DNA of 64,000 nucleotides from Amoebophrya sp. A120. Its lineage: Eukaryota; Protista; Dinoflagellata. Location of the stretch: the NCBI GenBank assembly GCA_905178155.1, contig CAJINV010000008.1, positions 3,043,303-3,107,302 of the forward strand, read 5' to 3'. Below the pieces are notes generated by a model. It did no database searches, was not told the origin of the DNA, and worked only from the letters and a program-made list of their open reading frames with translations. Below, in pieces: positions 37,501 through 49,500 of this stretch. The first letter of the stretch is position 1, and each line of letters opens with the position of its first letter. Both the position numbers and the translations under genes were made by a program.

Positions 37501-40500
37501 TGGAAACTCGACATCCTCCGACGAGCAGGAGCCGTACAACTCCGGGCGCGGCGAGATCGGTGCGAACTACGCAAGCTCGCCGGAGCCGCGCGGGGCCCCC
37601 GCGGCGGGGCGGGCTAGCGTCAGCCCGCAGCCGCAAAGCACCACGCGCCTGTCCTGGCTGCGGCGACGGGGCTCCAAGCCGGGCCGCACCGCGGCAGGTG
37701 GTGGAGCAGCAGTCCCTGTGAGTGCAGCATCAACTACCGGAACGGCGGCTGCCCGGCAGCCCTCGCGGTATCGGTTTTCTTTCGCGCGACGGAAGGCCAA
37801 CGATGTGATGAACCCGAGCTCCGCTCTCCTGCAGCCCTTGGTGGCGCAGGCGCAGGTGGCCACTCCGGAAAAGCAGCTTCCGGCAATGACCGAGATCGTC
37901 GTCCGGGTTCGAAGTCTAGCATTTTGTGCGCAGCAGCTGCTGCTCCTGCGGGATCACGTCTGCGAGCATTTGTGGGGCACCCAGGATGGTCGTGGAGGAA
38001 GTGGTCCTTCTGTCGAGCAGGGGGGCGAACTGCGCGGCCAGCCGAGGGAAGGCGCAGCCCTGCGTCGAGAAGAAGACCGCCGAAGTTCTTACCACGGGCA
38101 GGAGGAGCAAATGAGTAGAGGAGCAGCGGGTCGCGCAGCAACTTCCTTGGACCAGAAGCAGAAAGCCCAGGAGATGCTGGAAACTGCGCTGCTGCGGTGT
38201 CGCCAGGCGACTCTTCTCCCCGCGGTGGAGCGGTTGATCGGTTATGTGTGTGGTCATATGGTGCACTTGGAGCTTGTATGCAGTGCAAATATAATCTCTG
38301 GGTGGTCTGGACGTCGAAGACTGCGCGATTGTGATAAGTATGCAATCTGTCAGCTAGTACGCAAAAATCTGCACATGCACGAGGAAAATATAAAGCTGCC
38401 TTCTGCTTGTGCTTGTTTTCCACTTTTGACTGCACCGAGAGACGAGCATTTCTCATGCCGTATCATTCGTGAAATTAGAGGCTTCGCGCAGGCACAGCTC
38501 CTGCATTGTTCCAGACTTACTGGGGCATGCAACAAGACCACCTCTTTCATTGTTCATTGTTCTCCTCTTCTTGCATATACAAACTTCTGCAGTCTACTTC
38601 CAGATCGCCAGACATGTTTCCATTGGATAGCATGGGAAGGCGTTGTGGGTCAGTCTGTACACGACCACAAGGACCACCGCGGGAGGCAGATCTACTGCAG
38701 CTGCGGCGCAGTTGGCGCCGCCGAGTACAACTGCGCACGCCTTCCACCCACGAAACCGCAACCAGCTTCGCGAAAACGCCAGCGACAGTGAGGATTCTGG
38801 GGGAGTGGAGCCTGCTGGAGGTGCGGGATCGTCCGCCTCGCAGCCGCGCCTAGTTGGGGCGGAGAACCTCCACGACGGCCCACCGGAAGCAGAGCAGCAG
38901 GCGGTAAGTTTGGAAGCCTTGTTCGAACACAAATGGCGCCCTGCGATCGAAAACTTCTTTGACCAACTGGGCATTCTGAACGGCTTCGACGTTCTTGCAC
39001 AACAGGAACATGAGGACAGCATCGGTGGAAATTCAAGCTCGCCATCCAAACGACGGAACAAAAACGCAGCCTCATCTTCGAGCACGAAAACATTTGCGTC
39101 CACTTCGGAGCCCGACAGAGACCTGTCGAGTCTGGCCCTCACCGAGCACTTTTTGCCGGTGCTCTTTCAGGCCTGGGGATACGTGGTCGTGCATTTGATG
39201 CGCCAGGGAAAATTGGACGATATGCAAGAAAGAAACCGGGTAAGTGTAGGTTTGTGTTGGAGACGATGCAAGACAGGTACAACGCTTGTCATGCTCTAGA
39301 TATGTAACATCATAGGGGGCTTCTAGCTTGATCCGAGATCAGAGGAGCGGGGAGAGAAGTGTCGCAAGTCAAAAAACGCCTGACAGGTCGTGTCGTCGAT
39401 CCCAGGGTGCAGTTGCTGCACAGTCTGTAGTTATATTCCAGGCAGCTTTCATCTCGTGATGCTATTCTTCCGAAAGTAGAGTATACACTTTCACAGTTTA
39501 TTTTTTCTTGCATACACGACTTCCTGAAACGAGTAATCGACGGCGACGCCGACTTCTTGATTAACCTCGCTCGGGAGTACAGTCAAGGCACGAGTGGTCA
39601 ACTTTTCAAAAAAGCGAGCAACGCGGCATTGGACGAAGCGGTCGCGACCGCGCAAAGGTTGCAGATTTTGCTCAACAGCGGGGTCTCCACGGAGGACCTG
39701 AAGTCCCTCGCCTGGCAGTTTGGGGCGGAGCAGCCAGCCTCTGGAAATGCAGCAGCGTCAAGACCTGGAGCGGGCGACCAGGAGCCGCAACCTTTAGCAG
39801 AACCGGGTAAACAACACTTGACGTTCGAACAAGCAGGAGACCAGCTGAATATCCAGCCGCATAACCAACTTGCGCGGACCACCACTGCTACTGGAACAAC
39901 AGCTGGCTCGGGCTACCACGATCAAATGAGCCCGCGTCCGGGAGACCACTTTTACCGCGGTCCGCAAAACCCGCGTGTCTTAGAAGTGACGACCACCACG
40001 ACCTCCAGTGCGGGACCGCGATCCGATTCTACAAGGCTGCGGGGTCCGTCTGCCCCGGGCACGACCACAACCAAGCTTCTCTGGGACCAGGAGAATGATC
40101 AAGCCCAGCAGCGCGGTCGTACCGGGTTGGTGTCGTCCGATCCTCACTCCAGATCACCGCAGCAACCTCAAACGTCCGACCTGTCCGTGCCGGTCGCAAA
40201 TCAGAAGAGTCAGCGGTCGGCGACACCCTCGTACCGTAGTGGGTTCTTCAACATGCGCGGCTCGCAGAAACGCGCGCAAAGCGCTGACGTAGTGGTCCCG
40301 CCGGGCGGGGCTGGACCGGCTGCTGCGAAATTGAATAGGGACGAGGTAGGGCCGGCAGACGCGTCTAGTATCCCGTCGAGAAGCAGCCTTTTGAACGCTG
40401 AAAACAGGAGTAGCACGCTCGCTGGCATGACACCTGGAAGATACGAAAGTCACGAGTATGAGACCGCACAACTCCCCACATTTCTCATCTGTAGCGCGTA

Positions 40501-41171
40501 AACAACAAGACACTTGTGGTTGGCAAGCAAGAGTAGAACGCACGTTGCGCATGACATTCGCGAATCTTAGTTGCAGGCTCAACATGACAAATTTGCACAG
40601 GAAACTCGTGCTGTTTGGACTGGCAGACCCTGTCACGCAAGCAATGTCAAGAGGCAAAGAGTGTGTTTGGCATTTTGCAAGACAAATCTTGCGTCGTATG
40701 TTGTTGGGAATCTACTAGCTCTAGCCCGAGGTGGGCGGGGTGCAATAGCCCGAAAAAAAAAAAACAAATGTGAGCCATGGTTGGAGAAGGGGTGTCGGAG
40801 CCCGAAAAAAAGCTAGACTTAGTTGGTATAGTGGTCGGCAGATGATGGATGATGGCGATAGCAGTTCCATGGCCGCCTCACATATTGATTTTCCCGCGTG
40901 ATACTATTACTAGCCATCATCTGTGGCCGTTTTCCGAGGGGGGGCCAAGATGCGCCGCACTTCCGTTTAGCATCACAAATGAGGAGGAGGGTTAGTTGTG
41001 TACTCCCATAACGAGCAGCAGCAGAGCATGGTGCCCAATGCTGCTAATTCGTCACTCGGAGCATCCGCGGATCGAGCAGGAGTCGGGGACCCAGCACGAG
41101 AACCGCCCCCAAAAAGCAAGTTCCGGGGATTCAACATGCCCAGGACCAACTTTTTTCAGAAAAAAAAATGA
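25540..41171 (+). CDS. Gene B: roughly 3,600-aa protein with N-terminal coiled coil and C-terminal Munc13/PATROL1 (DUF810, MHD1-MHD2)-like region
   Basis: ATG directly after a pyrimidine tract and AG; 13 TIR introns restore the frame (one junction at ~34100-34350 unresolved). Blocks FTPMRPPALLHTTAVLDMWNFVFSAFDAVVSFRIP, EIVVRVRSLAFC, LIGYVCGHMVHLELGKALWVSLY, FLPVLFQAWGYVVVHL and DFLKRVIDGDADFL follow the MUN-domain block order as I recall it. Stop at 41169-41171. Confidence 0.65.
25626..25946. mobile_element. TIR introner (family 5, GAAAAATCCCCCTCCCCATAT)
   Basis: Exact DR TCGAA; opposite orientation to the copy at 60119-60550. Confidence 0.92.
26014..26284. mobile_element. TIR introner (family 1)
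   Basis: Exact DR GATCT; frame restored. Confidence 0.92.
26332..26595. mobile_element. TIR introner (family 1)
   Basis: DR GATCT/GGCCT; joins VRI-LRRNK. Confidence 0.85.
26876..27110. mobile_element. TIR introner (family 6, TATGGCG.TCTCAA..GTTACATT)
   Basis: Exact DR CACTG; frame restored. Confidence 0.9.
28554..28805. mobile_element. TIR introner (degenerate right end)
   Basis: DR GCAGG/GCAGC; joins ORF 27263 to ORF 28822. Confidence 0.7.
30752..31254. mobile_element. TIR introner (family 4, old)
   Basis: tatgcgactgcacaactc / gagttgtgcactttcaca; DR poorly conserved, but the +5 rule joins ORF 28822 to ORF 31202. Confidence 0.6.
31855..32179. mobile_element. TIR introner
   Basis: DR TTCAT/TTCCT; frame restored. 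Confidence 0.7.
32343..32603. mobile_element. TIR introner (family 1-like)
   Basis: DR GCAAA/GCAGC; frame restored. Confidence 0.7.
32762..33172. mobile_element. TIR introner
   Basis: DR CTCGG/CCCGG; joins SIS-VWHLISL. Confidence 0.65.
33456..33763. mobile_element. TIR introner (family 1)
   Basis: DR CCACC/CTACT (both encode TT); joins FWETT-AQVN. Confidence 0.75.
38277..38629. mobile_element. TIR introner (family 1-like)
   Basis: DR GCTTG/GCATG; joins HLEL-GKALWVSLY. Confidence 0.8.
39221..39514. mobile_element. TIR introner
   Basis: tatgcaagaaa / tttcttgcata; DR GACGA/CACGA; joins KLDD-FLKR. Confidence 0.8.
40457..41010. mobile_element. TIR introner (family 4)
   Basis: Exact DR ACGAG; removal adds the terminal exon ending FFQKKK*. 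Confidence 0.85.
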
Positions 41172-41932
41172 GTGACAAAGATGACACCCTCAGGGTAGCA
41201 GGTTGTCACAATGTCGGTTGTGAGGACTTGACTCTATCTAAAGATCGACAAGTCCCCCAGTTGTATCAGGTTTACTTTACTCACTCTATCCTTGTGTTTA
41301 TGAATTTTTGCAAAGTTACATCTAGTATCGGAAATCTAGCCTCTTTCTGAAGCTAGACTGAAAGCAGGACCATCTTCAGGATCATGCCGAAACGTCAAAA
41401 AATGTTTGCACCATTTTGAGAGATATTTCTTCGCTACCACAGCGCGCACGCATCCACAGTCCCGCTATGATTGGTCGACCGGAGTGCGTATCGAAACGAC
41501 AGCTCCTGCAAGATTCGCTTATTCATTCGTTTATTCAACATCACTAGCGTCGCATCAGACTAGCTCTTCGACTCACAGAGCTGCCGTCACAAGTTATCAC
41601 AAGAAATCGAAAAATCAGACACAATTCAGAGCCACGAACAGCACATTGGATTTCGAAGCAATCGTAATCTTCTGGAGAGGACTCCTGATGTGGGTCTGTC
41701 TGTCAAAGAGGCACGCTGCATGGCCAGCGTCAAGTTCGCAACGCGTGACGATGATTTTAGTTAGAAGGACTATGCGGGAAAAACAAAAAGTCATGACACT
41801 TTTCAGAAGAAAAAGCTGCAGAGAGACTTCAGTAGAATTGGTTCGGAAGTCGTGAGCACTTTCAAAAACGCCTGAAGTCCAAACAGAGTCAGATCCTGTT
41901 GGCTGTTTTGCAAAAATTAATTTTTTTTGAAA

Positions 41933-42103
41933 ATCTTCAGAAGGTTTTCTGAAGTTAGGACCTTCTGTAGATGTTTCGTAACCTTCAGAAGCTTTTGCTT
42001 TTGGGTCACCGAAACCTTCTGAAGGTTTTTGAGGCGGTCAAGTTTGATCTTCTTGAAGGTTTTGAACCTTCTGAAGGTCTGACTTTCAAAACCTTCTGAA
42101 GGT
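41933..42103. repeat. Minisatellite of short palindromic units (AACCTTCWGAAGGTT)
   Basis: About 7 degenerate copies at ~20-bp spacing. Confidence 0.75.
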
Positions 42104-42694
42104 TGAGTGCTCCGGGAGAAGTGTGCAAAAGTGGCTGACGCAATTCCTTGCGCCACTGCCCGCCTTGCCCAGCATGTATTCATTAACGAACCAGAACGCC
42201 AGAGCATGACCACAAGAAAGCGTCGCCTTTTTTCGTTCTCTAACTATTATGCAGAAGAAAACTGCTGGTCTGCTGGCGAGATCTCTGCCGAACAGCAACT
42301 GTGGCGAGATGTTGCGCAAAGCAAAGAGTGGAATCCGCTCCTTCTCATTTGAATCTGCGGGATCGATTAAGCGCTGACGTCGAAGAGTCATGTAGATCCG
42401 ATCAGCTGAAGCAGCGTAGGAGGTTCTGACGACCCTAGTATCTTCTCGATCGAGCATTTCTACGAATCGTTTTAGTAGAGCGGAAGATGGAGATGAAGGT
42501 AGGTCATGGCTGACACTGTCACTGAGATCCATTGCAATACTTGCACCTCTAACAAGCGACTGCGGTCCATGTGCATGATCTCATCGAAAATCTAAATGCG
42601 TCCGAGCAGATGAGAGGCCTATTTTCTATCGCTCTACTACAGGCCCCAGTCAAGTGCTTGATTCATTTGTTGCGTTTCTGTTGTCCTCAGTCAC

Positions 42695-42721
42695 GATGAT
42701 GATGATGATGATGATGATGAT
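42695..42721. repeat. (GAT)9 microsatellite
   Basis: Read directly from the sequence. Confidence 0.95.
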
Positions 42722-43522
42722 CCTTCACCTTCGCGAGACTTGATCTCTGCAGCAGTCTGCTTTGTTGTGTACGTAGTGTAAACTTAGAACTCAGCCGATT
42801 ATATATTGTCTCCGCAGATCTTCATCCGAAGTGCGACTGCCGAATTCGCAAGCGTATTCATACATTTGACACTATAATCGCCGGGAGAAGAAATTATCGT
42901 CACAGGGCTTTGTTGTCGGGTGGTTGAGGTTGTTTTAAATTCCCGAATAAAAACGGTGTGGCTCGCAATTTCAATCGCAAATGTTTTTTATCGAGCCTCC
43001 CAGTCGAGCTCGAGATGAATTTTTACGTAATTTTGGAGTAATTTTGACTTGTTGCAAACGTGTGCGTTCAACTTCAAATATTTCCGAAACGTGAAGAATC
43101 GATGCTGTCTCTAATGTCATTTTTGATGAAAGTGTCTCTTCCTTTCTCGAAAGCTTTTTCTGTAGCTCACACAATTTTATCCTGAGTTGATTTCTGTCGC
43201 ACGAAGGTGGAGTCAATTACTAGTTTGGTAAGGAAGCGGCAAGGTGCGCCGGGGGCGAAGCTACAAGTCGGTAGCGAGCGAGGCGACGAGGAATACTCGG
43301 GGCCTGACGCCTTTGGCTGATTGATGTCTTTCCTCGAACCAGTTGCGGTCCGCGGTCTCGGCAGCTGCAAGCAGGAAAATAGAAGAGACACTGTGGCTGA
43401 TAAGGCCGGAGTCACCAGCGCGGCCCTCTGCCTTTAGGAGCGGCTACTACGTTTTCCGACCACGACGGAATAAGTCGCCGAGTCAGTGCTTAGTTCTACG
43501 CCAGAAGTACTAGACAGACAAA

Positions 43523-46500
43523 ATGCATGCCATGTCGAGGGCAATCATGAAAAATTCTGTGGAAGATTCTCGTCTCGCTCGACGTGGTGCAGCAGCGCTT
43601 GTACGCATTGCAAATCATCTGTCTGGGTCTCCTTGAAGGCTTGCATTTATCATACTAGTCTGGCATGACAGACTGTGAGACCACGAGATCTGTAATGCAT
43701 GGCCACAGAAGGAGGAGCGAGGACGAGGAGCGGCCCGTCCTACTTACCTCTAATCATGGAGACGCGCAGTTTTAGTTTTCCAGGCAGAATTATACGCAGA
43801 ACGTAACAACGCAGAAGCCTGTCAATGCCTGGCGGTGCCAGTTTGCAGTAAGATTATGATCTATCATTCCCCGACTCGCGCCACAACTTTGTTTGCAGAC
43901 ACAGACATACACATAAATTTGCAATGCATAGCTAGCTCCTCCGTACCAGGATGAACACCTGCTGGTTGCTACTAGCGAAGATCATCTTGAAGATCATTCC
44001 TCCAACTCGGAGGTCAAGAAAATATCCTCGAAAGTAGATACAGACTGCGTCAAATCCCCGGAAAAGTCCGAGGAAAGTTCCAACGAGAAGACCGATCACA
44101 ACTTGCTCCCACCCGAGGATTGTGACGGTGCACGACCACAGCATCCACTTCGCGAAGAAGATGATGAAACAGACTCGTGCACCAGCACACCTGCTCTGTT
44201 GACGAAGCTTGACATTGTGAAGCAAGAGGCGCGGCGATTACTGGAGAACGCGAAACTCGAGGGCGAGAAGTGCCTCAGAGCAAGAAGATCTGTTGAAAAG
44301 AAGTTGTGCATGTTGATGTTGACAGCCAGCACACGACGCGCCGACCTCGTAGATGAACGAGGCCCCAGAAGTAGTGTCTCTCGTCGTGGTGCTGAAGAAA
44401 ATTTCTTATTTAATGGCGGGCGCCACGAGGAGGAGGCGACTCTTGATCATGTTGTTACCTGGCGCAATTCCTCCCGCCCAACAGAGGAACGACAGAAAGA
44501 GACGCGGAAGATCTGCACAGCTGCTGGACTTGGACAACGGACGCAGGACGGTGAAATAAAGGGCTCTGCTCTTCGCTCACCATTTCCCGCGAGCTGTGAC
44601 GTGCAGGTCGAGGGAGACGAAGATAAAGTCGATCATCCTGATTGTGTGCCCTTCAGCACTAATGTAGCACACGAGGTACTACCGTATGAGAATGTCCCTC
44701 ACTCGACGTTAAAATTCGAGACCCAACGACTGTTGCAGTTGTCGGAAACAAGGACTTTTGGCTCCAGCGAGCATGAGCGCAATAAAGGACAGAGCACTAC
44801 CACTACTTCTCGCGCGAGCAAGAGCCTGAAAGGCGAGTTCTTGGACGACCACAAGAATTACTATTTTCAGCCGAGTCAACTGATGCTGTGTGGTTACGAG
44901 ATCAATGACGGAGGAACAACTGGCGCATCGTCCCTTGAGCATGACGATCGTCACTGCTCTCGGACCACCTCTGGTGACCACTCAGAGGACCACCCAGTTC
45001 TTCGCCCGTCTCAACTACAGCTCCTGCAGCATCGACCGCTTTACCAACGGTATCTGCCCTTTATCTTGTTCCAGGACTTGCGACGGATCAAGCGGGAACT
45101 CGTGCGCCTCCGGGAAACCACAAGGACTGCGCGGGACGGTTTGAGTTCTTCGGATGCTATGATCCACATTCCGCAAGAAGAAGACAGCGAAGATGATCGC
45201 GAGGACGACGGCGCCGGCGGAGCTGCATCTTCAAGTGCAGCAACAGCAGCAGCCTTGCGACTCGCTACGGAAATGCACACGACGGGTTTGACGCAGCGCA
45301 AAGGATTCGTCGACCTGGTGAAAAAACTGCACCTGGTTTGCGCCACGCCCTATCTCACCCGGCAGAGCTTCCAGAAGCTTCACAGCGATCTGGAGCCGTT
45401 GGAAGCGTTACACAATGAAATCCTAGCGGAAGAAGAACAGGAAAGCGACGAGGTACAACCCAGTCCGTTTCCCAACCCAGCCGAGTTGATCAAAGTCAGC
45501 TTTCCCCATTTCTTCTACTCGCAGTGGGACAAACACATGCGATTTCCGATTTGCATACCCGAGCTGGATATGCTTACGCATGGCAAATAGGTCTGGGTCA
45601 CCTGCTGGAAGAATGCAAGACTTTTGTCATCATGCTTGTCTGGTATAATTTTGACTCTGAGCCTGAGGGCTGTGATCGTGATGCATGTGCTGCACGAAAA
45701 GCCCCTCTTGCCTGTTAGTCACGTAAAAACGCGACCGTTTTTTTCCCTGCGGAATACGCAACTGCAACGGCTTAAAAACTTTTCATACGTTTACGTTGTG
45801 GCATGTTCAAGTGCGCCCATCACTGAATCGCAGATTGTTGTAACACAACTTCCACCCAGTCCCAGACCCAGACCCATTTGCCATGGATACTGGAAAGTCA
45901 GATGGACGATGACTTATTTTTCGATGATATTTCGACCCGTGAAGGAAGAACAGTGCAAAACGATAAATCGGAGGCAGCTATATGTAGTTCCTTTCGCCAA
46001 AACTGGTCTCGTCTAGCGAAAAGCGTTTTTGACCAGTGGCAGGCCATGACGTTCATTCTCTTCCGCGGGAAGTACTTTTGCTACCGGAGTTTCGCGCACG
46101 AAGAATCCGCGTCCGATATCCTGAGAAAAAACGTCCCCAGGATTTGCAATTGCAGGAAAACGAACCCTTGCAATGCGCATCCCCATGAGAGGCATTTTCA
46201 GTCGTGTTTTGGCATTTGTAATCCTGTGAACATGTATGTTAAGCAAATATCTATGTGAGATGCGGCTGTCCTTGATAAGCTGCACTACAATACAGAGAGG
46301 AACTTGTCATGCGTGAGCGTGACTCCCTCTCCCATGTCCGCAGCAGCCCAGTCTGTTTATGTCATGCGTGACTCCACCCAAAACTTCTGGATTTATGTTT
46401 CGAGATCCCCATCTTGACTCGTCTGAGGCGGGGATGTTTTTCCACAGGATATCCGACTACAGCTGGTTTTCCTCCTCGAGCAACGCCTCGACTTCAGAAA

Positions 46501-49500
46501 GCGAAGGCGACCAGAGTGATGACGGTTTGGAAAGAAGTACTATCAAGCCTCCGCACGACAGTTCCGATCATCCTGGAGTCGAGTTGTGCGCCGACGTGTC
46601 ATCTGACAGTGAAACGGAACAGCAGGGGGCCAAATATGATATGACTAGGAGCGGGTCGTGCGGGGATGATGAAAGGGGGTCATCGTCACCTACTAAGGAA
46701 AGGGGGTCATCAGGGTGTAAGGAAAAAAACGACCAAGACAATTATCCGATGGACCACTGTTCGTGGAAGTTTGCAATGCAGGAGGCCCGGAAGTCCGGCC
46801 AGCGACTAGCGCGCGTCCGCGACCACGAGACACTGCACGAGGAGCGTCAGATATCGCAAGAAAAAAGTGTTACAGTTACACATTGTGTTGCAGGCCAAGC
46901 ACTACAGCCAAGCTCTGTCATGCCGGATATGCATAGGAGCCTCGTTTCATAGGTGTTTTTCCGTAGGATTTCTGCATTACAAGTTTTCTTTCTCGTCATG
47001 CAGAGAAATCTGTGTTGCTGAATTTACTACAAATTTGTAACTGTAACACTTTTTTCGTGGGATATCAGATGTTGAACAACTATCACGGGAAAAAAGTCTG
47101 CTGTGTCACTGCTTCAAACTACTTGTAGTGGAAACCATGCAACACGAAAAAACACGACGTGCCTATCTATCATTCAATCTTGCTCGAAGTAATGTACTGC
47201 TAGAGGGTCTTTCGGCAGCACGTGTTTTCCCGTAGGACTTTTCTATGTCGTTCGAAATTCTTGTTGGGAACCGCCTCGTCGACTCTCAAAAGATTCTCGC
47301 TTTGCCCGGCTATCAGAGCAATCAGATGGTGAGATGCGTCGGGGGACGTCACCGCGTCACCTATTCATTCACGAATGTTTCGAAGCCTATTTGTTATGTC
47401 ATGCTCAGCCTGCAAAAAAGTCGTCAATACCGTCAAGCACTCTAACTTTTTTCCTACGATTGCAACTACAGGGGAGGCAGTATCCTGGTGAGCAGGGGGC
47501 TACATCTCCTTCACGGAGAGCACGGTTTGACGAAAAACGTGGTAAGCTATGATCCCACTCGTGGAACTACAAGAACCCTGGCGACAATAGGCAATTCGAC
47601 GAAGAAGCGATACCAACAGAAGAAATCCGCGGTGACGAAGAGTTCTGCTTCGAGGAAAGCATCAAGCGCAACTCCTGCCTCGAAGAACGGGACCATGATG
47701 AGACTGCGCGTGAGGAGCGCCCTTTTGTTCAACCATGCAAGCGTGTGCGGTGGCAGCGTCCGAGTCGCACGGAATCTGCTTGCCGGGGGGCTGCGCCAAC
47801 AGCGAACTGGCTACTCATTTGCCTCCGGTGAGCCGGAGAATTCATCCCACGTTGAAGCAGGGACACACCCATCATTCTCGATGCCGATTTTTCGCAATAA
47901 ACTTTCCACCAGCGAGCAGTTTTTGCAACGGGACGGGAAAAGTAAGTATAAGGCCCGGCGCAGGAGCATTTTTGAATTGAAAACCACGTCCGTGTCGTGC
48001 CGAAAATCGATTTCTGTCGGTACTGACATTGTACCTGCTTTGTCTTCCTCGGGACCGAGGAACGAGGAAAACAGCTTGAAGGCTGAGCAGCAGTACCGGA
48101 CTGTCTCCAGAAGCAGGCGGTGTGAAGGTGTCGATGATCCGTTAGACATACCTGTAGGGCTCGATTCTGTTTTCCATACCACCAGATGCTCCACTGCTGT
48201 CGCGCCCGTCACCTCTTCGGGTGAAGCACGAACTCTGGCCCTCAAAAGCTCCTCGCGGCCTCAAGAACTGATAGATCCAAACCCAGTGATCGACTTGCTG
48301 CAGTTTGCCCAGGAGCAAAGTGCACCACAAGAAGGCGACCAGCAATTCTCGCGCCGTGCTATCATGGTGAAAAGTGTGGGCCTGGGCCCCTGATTATATC
48401 CGAGAACTTCATATCCCAGAACTTCGGTGGAGAGATGGTGAAGTATTTGCATGGCAGAGCAGCTTGTTTCACGCCATGGCAAAATTGATATAAGTATGTT
48501 GTGTAGATATGCCAGCAACACAAATCTTCTCCGGTGCACAATGGATACGTAAAAATGTTGTTTGCAAATAAGACCCCCAGCGTCCTCGGTGGGGCGTGTG
48601 ATCTGCGAGCTAGTAAGATTAGTGGTCCCCTAGAATCTGAATCAGAAAGAGTTCTAGTCCTTTCAAACAGGACACAATATCTCGATTTCCATTTGGGAAC
48701 TTTTCTGAAAAGAATTTCGCATTGCTAAGTCTGGGGTCAGGGCGGGCCACCTTCCGGCTTGATACGGGCGTACGTCTGCGGTGGCTTCTACTTGGACCCT
48801 ACGAGAAAGGACCGAGTCTGCCACAAAAACCGCCAGAAAAAGTACTTCCGGCGGCAGCGCGCAGGGAAGTTGTACGATGACGCTTGCACAGAAGACGAAA
48901 CAGGCCGTACGAGAGGGACGAGAGGAACAGAAAAGGATGAACGAATGTTGCCTTCGCGTGGTTCCTTGTCCACGCTTGAGGACGGGCTCCTTAGGGTTTT
49001 GCAGGATGCTGAGCAGGCCACGCCAGCCGCCGCACAGATGATACAACAAGCTGAAGTCTTGGCGTCGACATCGAACACGGGGTTGCTTCAATATCCTCCG
49101 AAGCCAGAAGCGAGCTCCACGTCGTGCAACTACGAGAACTCTTGCGAACAAGCGAAAATGGCGCCACAAGTTGTACCTCGCGAAGATGACGACCCCCGGC
49201 CCGCCGGTGCTGAAGATTCTGCTGGTTCGCCCGTGCAGACACATCAGAGTGGTCGTGGCTGTTCTGAAAAGCACTCGTCAGATGAAACGTTGGGGGGCCA
49301 CACGTTATGTGCTGCGGGGGGCCGGGAGGCTAGCGGCGAGGACGAAGAGTCGACGAGATCCTCGACCAAGACGAGTTGTGATAGTTTCTCGCTGGTGGAA
49401 AGAACCGAAACATCTGGAACGATTTCCGCCAAATCTACGAGCAGGCCGGAAGGACGATCGCGACACGTGGACAACTATCTCGCGGATCGCTACGACCGGC

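Noticed and set aside
39240-39246. Canonical GTAAGT donor
   Set aside because: It lies inside the TIR element 39221-39514, whose +5 removal already restores the frame, and I saw no matching AG at the downstream exon edge.
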